Notes: a model not told the origin generated them from the sequence alone. DNA of 64,000 nt from an uncultured bacterium (GCA_964508905.1 CAZDVO010000001.1:3977-67976); one strand, 5' to 3'. Counted from the first letter of the stretch, positions 1-9,366 are shown. Made by a program: numbers and translations.

Positions 1-309
1 TCCCGTTATGCACGAGAGCGATCTTGCCGGAGGCGTCCACGTGAGGATGCGCGTTCGCGCGCGAAGGTTCGCCATGGGTCGCCCAACGGGTATGCCCGAT
101 CCCGATATGGGCTTCGATCGTAAAGTCGCCGAGCTTCTCCTTTAATACGGCGAGCTTCCCTTTCTCTTTGATCAGGGACAAGCCGCCCTTCTGATGATCC
201 AGGCAAGCGATCCCGGCGGAATCATAGCCACGATATTCCAGGCGTTCCAGCCCTTGGATCAGAACGGGCACCGCATTTCGATAACCCACATAACCTACAA
301 TCCCGCACA
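1..309 (-). CDS. glmS: Glutamine--fructose-6-phosphate aminotransferase, N-terminal part (gene continues beyond the window start)
   Basis: Reverse-strand translation from the ATG at 307-309 gives [35 protein letters not shown]...[11 protein letters not shown]..., the classic GlmS / class-II amidotransferase N-terminus with Cys2. It is absent from the ORF track because it is cut by the window edge. The listed ORFs 6..206(-) and 194..400(+) are in other frames and are probably spurious. Confidence 0.85.
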
Positions 310-337
310 TAAAACCTCGCTCAGCGTTCTGCGCGCA

Positions 338-391
338 ACGCGCAACGGCTCATCGACCGTTGGATATTGTGCGTCGCGCGGTATTATATAC
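338..391. repeat. GCGCAACG/CGTTGCGC imperfect hairpin repeat, copy 1 of 4, in the glmS leader
   Basis: ctgcgcgcaacgcgcaacgg...ccgttggatattgtgcgtcgcgcgg. The same GCGCAACG-type palindrome recurs at 22783-22858, 39128-39186 and 54126-54180. Confidence 0.5.
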
Positions 392-452
392 AAGGAATAA
401 CGTTTTGACAGATGATTTCCTTTTCAATAGTATGCACTTCGAGGGAAAAATC

Positions 453-1097
453 ATGGCTGAGAATCGGCGACGACATTTTTTTATCAACAGGCCTCTCCAA
501 TTGCGTTTCATGCTCGCGGTGGTCCTTCCCCTCATCCTGATCAACCTGGTCGCGATTGCCGGGATCTATTTCGGGATCTGGAGCAAGGTCCTCGACACCT
601 TTTCCGACGAAAAAACGCTAAGCGATCTCGTCACCGCCTCACGCATGGTCGAATACGAACAGGCGCGGCACCCTTCTCCGGGACAGGACCTCTCTTCCCT
701 TTTATTCTTCAAAAAGAACGAGAAATTGGGACAACGCCAGCGGGAACTCTTCAAAGAGATCCTGGATGAAACCAACCGCGCGCTTCTCTGGAAATTCGCG
801 CTCCTTCTTGTTTTCGTCGGCTGGGGGACGATCTTTGTTTCACATAAGATCGCCGGCCCTTTTTTCCGGTTCAGTAAAGCGTTGGCGGATGTGGAAAAAG
901 GCGACTACCGTGCCCGTATTTTCCTGAGGAAATTGGATGAAGGCCATCCGGTGGCCCAGGAATTCAATAACGCGATGCAAAAAACGGATCTTCTCCTCTC
1001 GGACCTTAAATCGCTATCCCACGAACAGGATGCCCCACGAGCGGTCGCCAAGATCCAAGAAAAACTTGCCGCGATCCAGACCAGCACGAATGTCTAA
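453..1097 (+). CDS. Membrane protein with two TM helices and a HAMP domain; signal-transduction component with no output domain
   Basis: ATG at 453 preceded by GAGGG. Hydrophobic segments LRFMLAVVLPLILINLVAIAGIYFGIW and LWKFALLLVFVGWGTIFV are followed by a HAMP-like IAGPFFRFSKALADVEKGDYRARI. The ORF-track start at 360 is probably too far upstream. The stop overlaps the start of the next gene by 8 bp. Confidence 0.55.
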   Translation: MAENRRRHFFINRPLQLRFMLAVVLPLILINLVAIAGIYFGIWSKVLDTFSDEKTLSDLVTASRMVEYEQARHPSPGQDLSSLLFFKKNEKLGQRQRELFKEILDETNRALLWKFALLLVFVGWGTIFVSHKIAGPFFRFSKALADVEKGDYRARIFLRKLDEGHPVAQEFNNAMQKTDLLLSDLKSLSHEQDAPRAVAKIQEKLAAIQTSTNV

Positions 1098-2367
1098 GCG
1101 CCTTACCGCTTTTTTAATCGTCCTCTTTTTCGGTTGTTCTTTGCTCCCAACACCCGCGGCCGCCTTTGAACCCTCTCCTGCCGACCGCGAGCTCCTGAAC
1201 AAGATCGAAAAAGACACCTTTCAATATTTCACCCGCTTCTCGGACAAGCTCACGGGGCTGACCAAGGATTCTTCCCGAACAGGCTCTCCTTCCTCGGTCG
1301 CCGCCACGGGATTTGCCCTTGCCGCCTATGCCATTGGGGCTTCGCGCGGCTGGATCTCCGAAGAATTTGCTCAGAAGCGTCTCTTAACAACCCTTCAAAC
1401 CCTCCGCGACAAGGCGGCCCATCAAGAAGGGTTTTTCTATCATTTTCTCGATGTGCGGACCGGGAACAGGGTCTGGGGATCCGAGGCTTCTTCGATCGAT
1501 ACCGCGCTGGCCGTCGCCGGCGCGCTCCTCGCGGCCCAATATTACCCGGGAACCGAGATCGAAAAACTTGCGCACGAGATCTATGAGCGGGTGAACTGGA
1601 AATGGATGATGAACGGTTCTGATTTTATCTGCATGGGTTGGACGCCCGAATCCAAATTCCTTCCTTATTACTGGGATTCCTACAATGAGCTGATGATCCT
1701 CGTCGCGCTCGCCGTGGGGTCCCCGACATTCCCGGTACCTCCCGAAGCATGGGAACGCTGGCTCCGCCCGGAAGGTTCCTATAACACCCGCAAAGTCATT
1801 TATGCTTCGACGGGCGCTCTTTTCACCTACCAATTTTCGCATGCCTACATTGATTTTCGGGATCTTGATGATCGGGGGATCAATTTTTTTGAGAATTCAC
1901 GCGAAGCGACCTTGGCGAACCGGGAATATTCGCTGAGCTTTGCCGCTCAATACCGAGGCTACACGGAGTCTTCGTGGGGGCTCTCCTCCTCGGTCGGCCC
2001 CGGCGGGTACAAGGCCTACGGCGGCAAGCCCGGCGGCGGCCTCCATGACGGCACGATCGCTCCCTACGCCACGCTTTCATCGATCGTCTTCACCCCGGAA
2101 TTGACGACCCAGGCCGCCCGGTTTTTCTATGACCATTATCAGGAAAAACTTTACGGAAAGTTCGGCTTTAAAGACGCGTTCAATCTGGATAAGGGCTGGT
2201 GGGCGGACGAATATCTCGGCATCGATCAGGGGATCACGCTCTTGATGTTCGAGAACTATCTCAACGGCGAGAACGTCTGGAAGAAATTCAGGGAACTTCC
2301 GGCGATCAAAAGGTGGATCGAGCTTACGGGTCTCAACTCGCGATCCGCTTCCAACCCCAAGGTTTAA
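1089..2367 (+). CDS. Lipoprotein, glucoamylase-like (alpha/alpha)6 glycoside hydrolase of the DUF3131/PF10091 type; candidate GH144-like beta-1,2-glucanase
   Basis: Lipoprotein signal MSKRLTAFLIVLFFGCSLL. The C-terminal motifs KFGFKDAFNLDKGWWADEYLGIDQGITLLMFENYLNG match the same family as the C-terminus of the 713-aa protein at 43727-45868. Translationally coupled to the HAMP protein. Confidence 0.55.
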
Positions 2368-2615
2368 TCTTTGGATTTCCTGAGCAACCGGATCGCGAGC
2401 TGCATCGCAGCTTCCTCGATCATTTCCCGCGTCAGGTAAGTGCCTTTTTTGATCTCTTCTTTGATCTCGCGGACGCGCCCCAGATTGGGCTCCGCTTCGG
2501 TAGGGATAAGGCGAAGATATTTCCGGACCTCCTCGCGATCTTTGTCGGCGATCGTTCTCGCGCTCGGGGCCTGGATCCTGAATTTAGGTCTTTTATGTTC
2601 TGCCACGCTTTGCAT
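2364..2615 (-). CDS. flgM: Anti-sigma-28 factor FlgM
   Basis: The 83-aa protein ends ...GRVREIKEEIKKGTYLTREMIEEAAMQLAIRLL, which matches the sigma-28-binding C-terminus of FlgM. It lies directly downstream of fliA and has a sigma-28-type promoter upstream. Confidence 0.65.
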   Translation of the reverse strand: MQSVAEHKRPKFRIQAPSARTIADKDREEVRKYLRLIPTEAEPNLGRVREIKEEIKKGTYLTREMIEEAAMQLAIRLLRKSKD

Positions 2616-2691
2616 TCTTCCTGCCTTTAAGCCACTTGCGGCCGTTTTGGGATAAAACAGTTACACGGCTTCTTTCGCTGTGGCTCTCTTA

Positions 2692-2718
2692 ATATCGACG
2701 CAGCGTGACAAAACTTGA
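2692..2718 (-). promoter_or_regulatory. Sigma-28 (FliA)-type promoter upstream of flgM
   Basis: The minus strand reads TCAAGTTT-N11-GTCGATAT, against the TAAAGTTT-N11-GCCGATAA consensus. It sits about 75 bp upstream of the flgM start. Confidence 0.5.
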
Positions 2719-2766
2719 ATATTTATACCGATCCTTCAAAAATCTTCCGAAAACCTCCTCAACGGC

Positions 2767-3546
2767 CTAGGCGTCCAGCGTCAAATGCCCGGCGCGGCGC
2801 ATCAGGTGCCCGCGAAGCCTCGTGACCACCTTCGTGTGGATCTGACAAACCCGAGACTCGGAAACGTCCAGGATCTCGCCGATCTCACGCAGGGTCAGAT
2901 TCTCGTAGTAATAAAGGACCACAACGAGCTTCTCCTTTTCGGGAAGCTGGTCAATGGCATCCGCCAAAAGCTCCTTGACCTCGCCTTGGTGGACATAATT
3001 AAACTGATCCGTAATGAGCGAATCTTCGACGGTCTGAAGACGGGAGATAGGCTTATTACCGTCATCGTTCTGCCACACCTCATCCAGCGAGAGGAATGTC
3101 GTGGAATTCAGATCGCTATAGATCGAGTGAAGGTCGTCCGTCGAGATCTTGAGGGCCTTCGCGAGTTCCTCTTCCGTCGCCAGGCGCCCGTTCTTCTCCT
3201 CGAGTTCTTTGCATTTACGATCGATCTCCCGCGCGCGCTTGCGGAGAAGCCGCGGCGCCCAGTCGAGTTTACGCAGTTCATCCATGATCGAACCCCGGAT
3301 ACGGGACACCGCGTAGGTCTCGAACTTATTGCCCTGCGAGACATCATATTTGTTGATCGCATCAAAAAGCCCCAGGATGCCGTAGCTGACGAGATCATTG
3401 AACTCGACATTGGGAGGCAACCCGATCGCCACGCGACCGGCCACATACTTCACCAGATACAGGTATTTCTTCACGATCTCTTCACGCAAAGGGAGGCTCT
3501 TCGTCCGCTTGTACTTTTTCCACATCTTGATCTCATCTTCGTGCAT
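2767..3546 (-). CDS. fliA: RNA polymerase sigma factor FliA/WhiG (sigma-28 family)
   Basis: The 259-aa protein contains sigma-70 regions 2, 3 and 4 (...YLYLVKYVAGRVAIGLP...DLVSYGILGLFDAINKYD...ETYAVSRIRGSIMDELRKLDW...LTLREIGEILDVSESRVCQIHTKVVTRLR). The antisense 308-aa ORF at 2785..3711(+) is spurious. Confidence 0.8.
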   Translation of the reverse strand: MHEDEIKMWKKYKRTKSLPLREEIVKKYLYLVKYVAGRVAIGLPPNVEFNDLVSYGILGLFDAINKYDVSQGNKFETYAVSRIRGSIMDELRKLDWAPRLLRKRAREIDRKCKELEEKNGRLATEEELAKALKISTDDLHSIYSDLNSTTFLSLDEVWQNDDGNKPISRLQTVEDSLITDQFNYVHQGEVKELLADAIDQLPEKEKLVVVLYYYENLTLREIGEILDVSESRVCQIHTKVVTRLRGHLMRRAGHLTLDA

Positions 3547-3585
3547 GGGGGGTCTCCTTTTCGCCTTGGTCAGCCCAAGCGCCCG

Positions 3586-3828
3586 TCATTTCGGGCTCTC
3601 CTGCTGTTCAAGGATTTTTTTAATTTGGATCAATGTATAATTCTTTGCCTGCAAGATCTTGATCTGCTCCAACCGATCGAACACGGATTCATCATAAAGC
3701 CGGTGACCTGAGATCGTTCGCCGGGCCTCGTGGATCAGCCCCGCCACGGTATAGTTATGAAGCGTCTGCCGGGAAAGACTGGTGTACTGCATCACTTCCC
3801 CGATCTTATAGAGTTTTTCGCGTTTCAT
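3586..3828 (-). CDS. Short MerR-family HTH transcriptional regulator
   Basis: KIGEVMQYTSLSRQTLHNYTVAGLI...SGHRLYDESVFDRLEQIKILQAKNYTLIQIK is a MerR N-terminal HTH. Only 80 aa. Its start overlaps the stop of the upstream gene in ATGA fashion. Confidence 0.55.
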   Translation of the reverse strand: MKREKLYKIGEVMQYTSLSRQTLHNYTVAGLIHEARRTISGHRLYDESVFDRLEQIKILQAKNYTLIQIKKILEQQESPK

Positions 3829-4511
3829 AGCGATTCGCTCCTTGTCTTTTCTTTGTGGGAAAGGATCCTTTGCAGGATGGCAAGGGCCTTCGGATCTTCC
3901 GGTTCGAGCATCAGGACCTTTTCCGCGGTAAATCGCGCCTGGCCGAATTGCCCGCGCGTAGCAAGATCTTCCGCCTGGTTACGATACTGCTCCAGGCGAT
4001 CCGAGATCTCTTCCTCGTACATTTTATGAATGAAAAGAGTGTCGGCCTTTCCCTCTTTAAGGGCTTTGGCCTTGATCTCGTCGATCAGATCGGAAGCCAC
4101 GGTATTATCCGCATCATAGAGGAACACCTTCTCCGCGGCAAAAAGGGCTAGGTCATACTGATTGGCGGCATAAAGCGTCCGGCTGCGCTCAAGCCACGTC
4201 CGGATCGCGTCCTGCTTGTCATCCCCGTTCATCTCTTCGATCGTTTGAGGAAGAAGATGCTCGCGCTGACGCTCGATCTCCTTGTCGAGGATATCGGCCA
4301 TGAGTTGCGACGCTTCGGGATTTTCCGGATCCTGTTCGAGGGCTTGCTCGGCAGAACGGCGGGCGTTGTAATATTCGCGGGACTCGTAATATTTTTTTGC
4401 CTGGACCATCGGCTCTTCTTTTTTCTTCTCTCCCAGTCCGAGAAAAGCCTCGGCCCCCTGGATATTCCCGAGAACCATTACTGTGAGTGTCATGATCGTT
4501 ATCAATCTCAT
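3825..4511 (-). CDS. Secreted TPR-like repeat protein (hypothetical)
   Basis: Signal peptide MRLITIMTLTVMVLGNIQGAEA, followed by helical repeats rich in A, L, E and Y. Translationally coupled to the MerR gene. Confidence 0.45.
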   Translation of the reverse strand: MRLITIMTLTVMVLGNIQGAEAFLGLGEKKKEEPMVQAKKYYESREYYNARRSAEQALEQDPENPEASQLMADILDKEIERQREHLLPQTIEEMNGDDKQDAIRTWLERSRTLYAANQYDLALFAAEKVFLYDADNTVASDLIDEIKAKALKEGKADTLFIHKMYEEEISDRLEQYRNQAEDLATRGQFGQARFTAEKVLMLEPEDPKALAILQRILSHKEKTRSESL

Positions 4512-4741
4512 AGTTTATAAAATGTAAATTACACTTTATAGATTACAATCTATAACTTTTTTCTGCCGCGTCAATACAAAAAGTAAAACTTTTTTAATAA
4601 TACACAACTAATAGGGCCTATTTAAAATGATAAATGCTATATATAGTTATTTTTTTAATATTATTTTTTAGGAAAAATGAAGAAAAGACGATAATTTGAG
4701 GGCAGAGGAAGAACCGGAGATGAACAACCCGGGAGGAAAAA

Positions 4742-4951
4742 ATGACGCTCTACGAGAAGTTATTCGATCTGAAATACAGGCAGGGCATTCCGACCCATGA
4801 ACTCGCGCAACGATTCCCCCAGCATATTGATCGCGTGAGCGAGGTCGCTCTTCTGGATATTCCGGAGCATACTTTGCGGGAAGTGGTTCAAGAGCAAAAG
4901 ATGTTCGAGCGGCTGATCAGCCTTAAAAAGTACTTTCAAAAAAAGAACTGA
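4742..4951 (+). CDS. Small hypothetical protein (69 aa)
   Basis: Strong Shine-Dalgarno GGGAGG five nt before the ATG, with an AT-rich promoter-like region (4500-4740) upstream. A fully overlapping TTG-start antisense ORF (4760..4969) makes the strand call uncertain. Confidence 0.3.
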   Translation: MTLYEKLFDLKYRQGIPTHELAQRFPQHIDRVSEVALLDIPEHTLREVVQEQKMFERLISLKKYFQKKN

Positions 4952-4978
4952 ACGGAGGCGACCGAACAACAGGCAGGA

Positions 4979-6034
4979 CTACTTCTCGGCGAAGATCCCC
5001 ATCTTCCGGAATTTCTGATACCGCAACTCCGGTAATTCCTTGCGCGGGATCTTTTTTAGTTCTTCCAACGCATCATTCACGGTCTTACGCACATTTTCCG
5101 CCGTTGCGTTGAAATCACGATGAGCGCCACCAAGAGGTTCCGGGATCACGCCATCGATCACTCCGAGCCCAACAAGGTCCGGTCCCGTCAGCTTCAAAGC
5201 TGTCGCGGCGTCCGGCGCGCGTGTCGGTTCCTTCCAAAGAATGGCCGCGCACCCTTCCGGTGAGATCACGGAGTAATAAGCATTCTCCATCACGAAGATC
5301 TTGTCCCCCACGCCGATCCCCAATGCGCCGCCGCTCCCGCCTTCGCCGATCACGATACAAATGATCGGCGTCTTGAGTTCGCCCATCGCCCGCAAGTTAT
5401 AGGCGATCGCTTCGGCCTGGCCGCGCTCTTCGGCTCCGATCCCGGGATAAGCTCCGGGGGTATCGATGAAACAGAGGATCGGAAGATTGTGTTTCGCCGC
5501 AAGCTCCATCACCCTCATGGCCTTGCGATAACCTTCAGGATGCGCGCTCCCGAAACTGCGCATCAGATTTTCTTTCGTGTCGCGTCCTTTTTGGTGCCCG
5601 ATAATGCAGATCGGCTCGCGTCCTTCCCATTTCGCGATCCCGGTCACGATCGCCCGGTCATCGCTAAAGCGTCGATCCCCGTGGATCTCCAGGAAATCGG
5701 TCGTCAGATAATTCACATAGTCGAGCGTGTAGGGACGAAGAGGGTGCCTCGCCACCTGGACCCGTTGCCAGGGCGTCAGATGATCAAAGATCTCCTGAAT
5801 CGCCTTCTCGAGCTTTTTCTCCGCGCTCTTGATCTCTCCCGAAAGATCGATGCCCTCGTGGCTGATCTTGCGCAGTTCGTTAATCTTCTTTTCCATCTCA
5901 ACGACAGGCCGCTCGAAAGACAGACAGGCGTCAAAAATATCCCGTGTCCCGAGCTTGATCTTTTCCTTCGCGATGACCGGCGCGACAGGCTCGCTGTGAA
6001 CGATCTTTTTCTTTTTGGCTGTCTTTTTTTTCAT
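4979..6034 (-). CDS. accA: Acetyl-CoA carboxylase carboxyltransferase alpha subunit
   Basis: ...LTPWQRVQVARHPLRPYTLDY...IDTPGAYPGIGAEERGQAEAIA...GEGGSGGALGIGVGDKIFVMENAYYSVISPEGCAAILWK... It has an unusual Lys-rich N-terminal extension of about 85 aa. Confidence 0.9.
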   Translation of the reverse strand: MKKKTAKKKKIVHSEPVAPVIAKEKIKLGTRDIFDACLSFERPVVEMEKKINELRKISHEGIDLSGEIKSAEKKLEKAIQEIFDHLTPWQRVQVARHPLRPYTLDYVNYLTTDFLEIHGDRRFSDDRAIVTGIAKWEGREPICIIGHQKGRDTKENLMRSFGSAHPEGYRKAMRVMELAAKHNLPILCFIDTPGAYPGIGAEERGQAEAIAYNLRAMGELKTPIICIVIGEGGSGGALGIGVGDKIFVMENAYYSVISPEGCAAILWKEPTRAPDAATALKLTGPDLVGLGVIDGVIPEPLGGAHRDFNATAENVRKTVNDALEELKKIPRKELPELRYQKFRKMGIFAEK

Positions 6035-6055
6035 AAGAGGAAAAACCTTCCCAGG

Positions 6056-6982
6056 TTAATCTTGAATGGTCACTTTCGTCCCCATGGGGACGATCGAATA
6101 GAGTTCTTCAACGTCTTCGTTCAACATACGAACACAGCCCTCGGAAGCCTGAGTGCCGATGCTTTTGGGATCGATCGTACCGTGAATGCCGTAGGAAGGT
6201 TTATCAAAACCCATCCAACGCGTCCCAAGACCATTCTCGGGACTTCCCGGCGGCAGGATAGCCCCCGTTTTAAACCAGGTCGGATTCAAAAGCTTATCCT
6301 TGATCTCAAACGTTCCCACCGGCGTCGAATTGTTTTTCCCCGTTGCCACGGAGTACTTTTTGACCGGCAAACCGTCTGAGAAAAGCGTCAGTGTATTTTT
6401 CGACTTATCCACCAAGATCGAAAAGGGGGCCGTATGGACCTTCAATTTCGTCCCTGCGTACAGATTGTCGCTCTTCATCCCATTGATCTTCTTGATCAGA
6501 TCCACCGTCGTATGATGTTTCTTGGCGATCACATAGAAGCTATCCCCGGACTTCACCGTGTAGGAAATGCTGTCCTTCGTCACATCCTTTGAAAAGATCA
6601 CCTTCCATCGCTTTTCCATAGCCGCGACTTCGGCGGTCGCCGGTTCGGCTTTCTTCTTAGGCTCCGCCGCTTTTTTCGCAGGCGACACCTTGGCGACGGG
6701 CTTCGCCGTGTGGGATGCTACCTTAGTCGCCGCGGATTTGGCCGCGGAAGCATGGACGGCTTTTTTTTCGCTCACAGCAACCGTGGCGACAGGCGCAACT
6801 TTGGGCTGGGGGTTATAGAGATTTTTTTCGTCAAAGGCATCATGCTCCGACGAAGCGCCCGCATGAGGTTTGATCGCTTGATCGGTCGTTTTCGCCTTGG
6901 GAGGTTCTTCGGAGAAAAGGGGCGAAACTCCACACAACAACGCCCCCAGAAAGAGGCTTGCGGCCCAATAAGGCTTCTTCAT
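6056..6982 (-). CDS. LysM-domain L,D-transpeptidase (YkuD family), secreted
   Basis: Signal peptide MKKPYWAASLFLGALLCGVSPLFS; LysM (YTVKSGDSFYVIAKKHHTTVDLIKKINGM); L,D-transpeptidase catalytic region ...GIHGT...SEGCVRM. The ATG at 6980-6982 overlaps the stop of the upstream DUF212 gene. The ORF-track start at 6997 is probably an upstream alternative. Confidence 0.75.
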   Translation of the reverse strand: MKKPYWAASLFLGALLCGVSPLFSEEPPKAKTTDQAIKPHAGASSEHDAFDEKNLYNPQPKVAPVATVAVSEKKAVHASAAKSAATKVASHTAKPVAKVSPAKKAAEPKKKAEPATAEVAAMEKRWKVIFSKDVTKDSISYTVKSGDSFYVIAKKHHTTVDLIKKINGMKSDNLYAGTKLKVHTAPFSILVDKSKNTLTLFSDGLPVKKYSVATGKNNSTPVGTFEIKDKLLNPTWFKTGAILPPGSPENGLGTRWMGFDKPSYGIHGTIDPKSIGTQASEGCVRMLNEDVEELYSIVPMGTKVTIQD

Positions 6983-7473
6983 TATTTCCACCCGCAAAAA
7001 AGGAACGCCAGAGTGATCCCCAGCGCGGCGCCGGCAAGCACCTCGAAAGGGGTATGGCCCAAAAGCTCTTTGAGCCTTTTCTCCGGCACAGCCCCCTTCG
7101 CATAAAACTCATCGACCATCTCGTTCAGGATCTTCCCCTGACAACCGAGGTGTCGGCGGACCCCCGCCGCGTCAAACATGGTGATCAAACAGATGATCAA
7201 TCCCATCAAGAACGGAATGCTTTTAAATCCATAGTAAAGACCGACCACGGTCGCAAGGCTCGCCACGGTCGCGGAATGAGCGCTCGGCATGCCACCGGTA
7301 TCAAAAAGCCAGCGGACATCGAACTTCTTTTTGCGGGCACCCCCCAGAATGACCTTGAGGGCCTGAGCGACGAACCAGCTCAGAAAAACAGCGGCAAAGG
7401 CTTTTTCGCTTTCAAAAGGGGGATTGAAGACGGCGATCATGAATTTTCCGGAAAACCCAAAAAGGGTTGACAC
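6982..7473 (-). CDS. Divergent PAP2 / DUF212 (YuiD-like) membrane protein
   Basis: The motif GGMPSAHSATVASLAT is typical of the acid phosphatase / vanadium-haloperoxidase-related DUF212 family; the protein has several TM segments. Confidence 0.6.
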   Translation of the reverse strand: MSTLFGFSGKFMIAVFNPPFESEKAFAAVFLSWFVAQALKVILGGARKKKFDVRWLFDTGGMPSAHSATVASLATVVGLYYGFKSIPFLMGLIICLITMFDAAGVRRHLGCQGKILNEMVDEFYAKGAVPEKRLKELLGHTPFEVLAGAALGITLAFLFCGWK

Positions 7474-7618
7474 CTTTCTTGATTATGCGCTATTATCATA
7501 AATAATATGATTATAGCCTATTTATAACCGCTTGCGGCCTCAGACAAGGGCGTCATTATAAGTTTAGCCTATTTAAAAAGCAAGCCTGTTTGTTAGGCAG
7601 AAAAAGGGAGAAAACACC

Positions 7619-9136
7619 GTGATCCGCCTCAAAAGCGCCTTCGCTCTGGGTATTCACGCATTCCCGGTCGATATTGAAGTCGATATCAGCCACGGCCTCC
7701 CCCAGCTCATCCTCGTAGGCCTCCCGGACGCCAGCATCAAGGAAGCCCGAGAGAGAGTTCGAACGGCCATCAAGAACAGCGGCTTTCAGATCCCCGCCGA
7801 CAAGATCACGATCAATCTAGCCCCGGCTGACATCAAAAAGGAAGGCGCTTCGTTCGACTTCCCGATCGCCTTGGGGATCCTGGCCTGCCACGGCATTATC
7901 CCACCGGAAAAACTGGCCGGACATATCTTCCTCGGCGAATTGGCCCTCGACGGCAGTCTCCGTCCGCTTAAGGGGGTCATTGCCATCGCGACAGGACTCA
8001 AAGAATCCTCTTTTGTTCTGCCTGCGGAAAACGCCGGAGAGGCAACTCTCGCGCGGGAAGTCACCATCTATCCGGTGAAAAGCCTGACGGAAACCGTTGC
8101 CTTTCTCCTCGGAGAACAGACCATAACACCCCTCCGGAACGTCCCCTACCGATCGAAAACACCCGCGCAGAATCTTCCTGATTTTTCGGAGGTGCGCGGA
8201 CAGAGCGCGGCCAAAAGGGCTCTCGAAATCGCAGTCGCGGGAGATCACAAGATCCTCTTTATCGGTCCTCCGGGAAGCGGCAAGACCATGCTCGCGAAGC
8301 GCGTTCCGGGCATTCTCCCCCCGATGAGCCCGGAAGAAGCGCTGGAGGTGACCAAGATCCACAGCGCTGCCGGAATGCTCCCCCAAGGGGAAAATCTGAT
8401 CCTGGACCGGCCTTTCCGGGCCCCTCATTACACAGCTTCTGCGATCGCGCTTTCAGGCGGAGGAACGTCACCGCGCCCGGGAGAAATGTCGCTCGCGCAC
8501 CGAGGCGTCCTTTTCCTCGATGAATTTCCGGAATTCCGCAGAGATGCCCTGGAAACCCTACGAGGCCCCCTTGAGGACGGCTGCATCACGATCTCCAGAG
8601 CCAAAAGCCAGATCACTTTCCCGGCCCATTTTCTACTTGTCGCGGCAATGAATCCCTGTCCATGCGGTTATCTTGGAGACACGCGAAAAACATGCCGCTG
8701 CTCCCTCGGACAGATCCATAAATACCAATCCAAAGTTTCAGGGCCGATCCTCGACAGGATCGATATTCACATTGAGATGCCCGCCCTTTCTTTCCAGACC
8801 CTCACAAGCCAGGAGCCGGGGGAAAGTTCGGCAATGATCCGGGAACGCGTCTGCGCCTGCCGAAAGATCCAACAAGCACGCTACCGCTCACGCTCTTATA
8901 AAACCAATGCTTCCATGAACCCCAAAGACATCAAAGAATTCGCGACGCCGGACCTCCCGGGCCGCAAACTTATCGAGATGGCCATGAAGGAACTCCATTT
9001 GTCAGCCCGGGCTTATTACAAAGTTCTCAAAATCGCGAGGACTATCAGCGATCTGGCGGGGTATGAGCAGATCGAGTCGGAGCAGATCGCGGAAGCCATT
9101 CAATATCGGAGCCTGGATAGGCAGTGGTGGAGCTAG
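7619..9136 (+). CDS. yifB: YifB/ComM family Mg-chelatase-like AAA+ ATPase
   Basis: GTG start. The N-terminal Lon-like domain is followed by Walker A GPPGSGKTMLAKR, then ...LFLDEFPEF... and a C-terminal ...IQYRSLDRQ typical of the ComM/YifB family. Confidence 0.85.
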   Translation: MIRLKSAFALGIHAFPVDIEVDISHGLPQLILVGLPDASIKEARERVRTAIKNSGFQIPADKITINLAPADIKKEGASFDFPIALGILACHGIIPPEKLAGHIFLGELALDGSLRPLKGVIAIATGLKESSFVLPAENAGEATLAREVTIYPVKSLTETVAFLLGEQTITPLRNVPYRSKTPAQNLPDFSEVRGQSAAKRALEIAVAGDHKILFIGPPGSGKTMLAKRVPGILPPMSPEEALEVTKIHSAAGMLPQGENLILDRPFRAPHYTASAIALSGGGTSPRPGEMSLAHRGVLFLDEFPEFRRDALETLRGPLEDGCITISRAKSQITFPAHFLLVAAMNPCPCGYLGDTRKTCRCSLGQIHKYQSKVSGPILDRIDIHIEMPALSFQTLTSQEPGESSAMIRERVCACRKIQQARYRSRSYKTNASMNPKDIKEFATPDLPGRKLIEMAMKELHLSARAYYKVLKIARTISDLAGYEQIESEQIAEAIQYRSLDRQWWS

Positions 9137-9366
9137 AAAACGGTCCCATCAAGAGGGATTTTTCTCTCGCGCATTAAAGCAAAATAGCTCTTTTATATAT
9201 TTTAAATAAAAAAAGCATACTTTTAAAAACACGCCGATTTGCTTTTTATCCCATCGCTGGATATACTTCATTCAGGATTAAAGGAAGTTCATTTTACAAG
9301 CTTCCTAAGTCCCTACAAAGAAAACAACCACGCAACAACCCGCCTCTTCAAAAGGGGGTTTTGAAA

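Noticed and set aside
6-400. ORF-track entries 6..206(-) and 194..400(+)
   Set aside because: They are out of frame with, or antisense to, the clear glmS N-terminus (MCGIVGYVG...) that starts at 309 on the minus strand and runs off the window edge.
310-452. A glmS ribozyme in the glmS leader
   Set aside because: The leader is only about 140 bp and is mostly taken up by a GCGCAACG hairpin repeat. The conserved glmS ribozyme core is not recognisable, and there is no basis for the call without a covariance-model search.
2785-3711. A 308-aa ORF on the plus strand, and several others of similar length (for example 16235..16834, 19624..20361, 24795..25328, 26108..27202, 34176..35273, 41322..42542, 62491..63348)
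   Set aside because: All are antisense to well-supported genes (fliA, the Omp85 gene, murA, coaE, polA, bioA, bioB, gyrA). They are typical high-GC antisense open frames with no recognisable domains.
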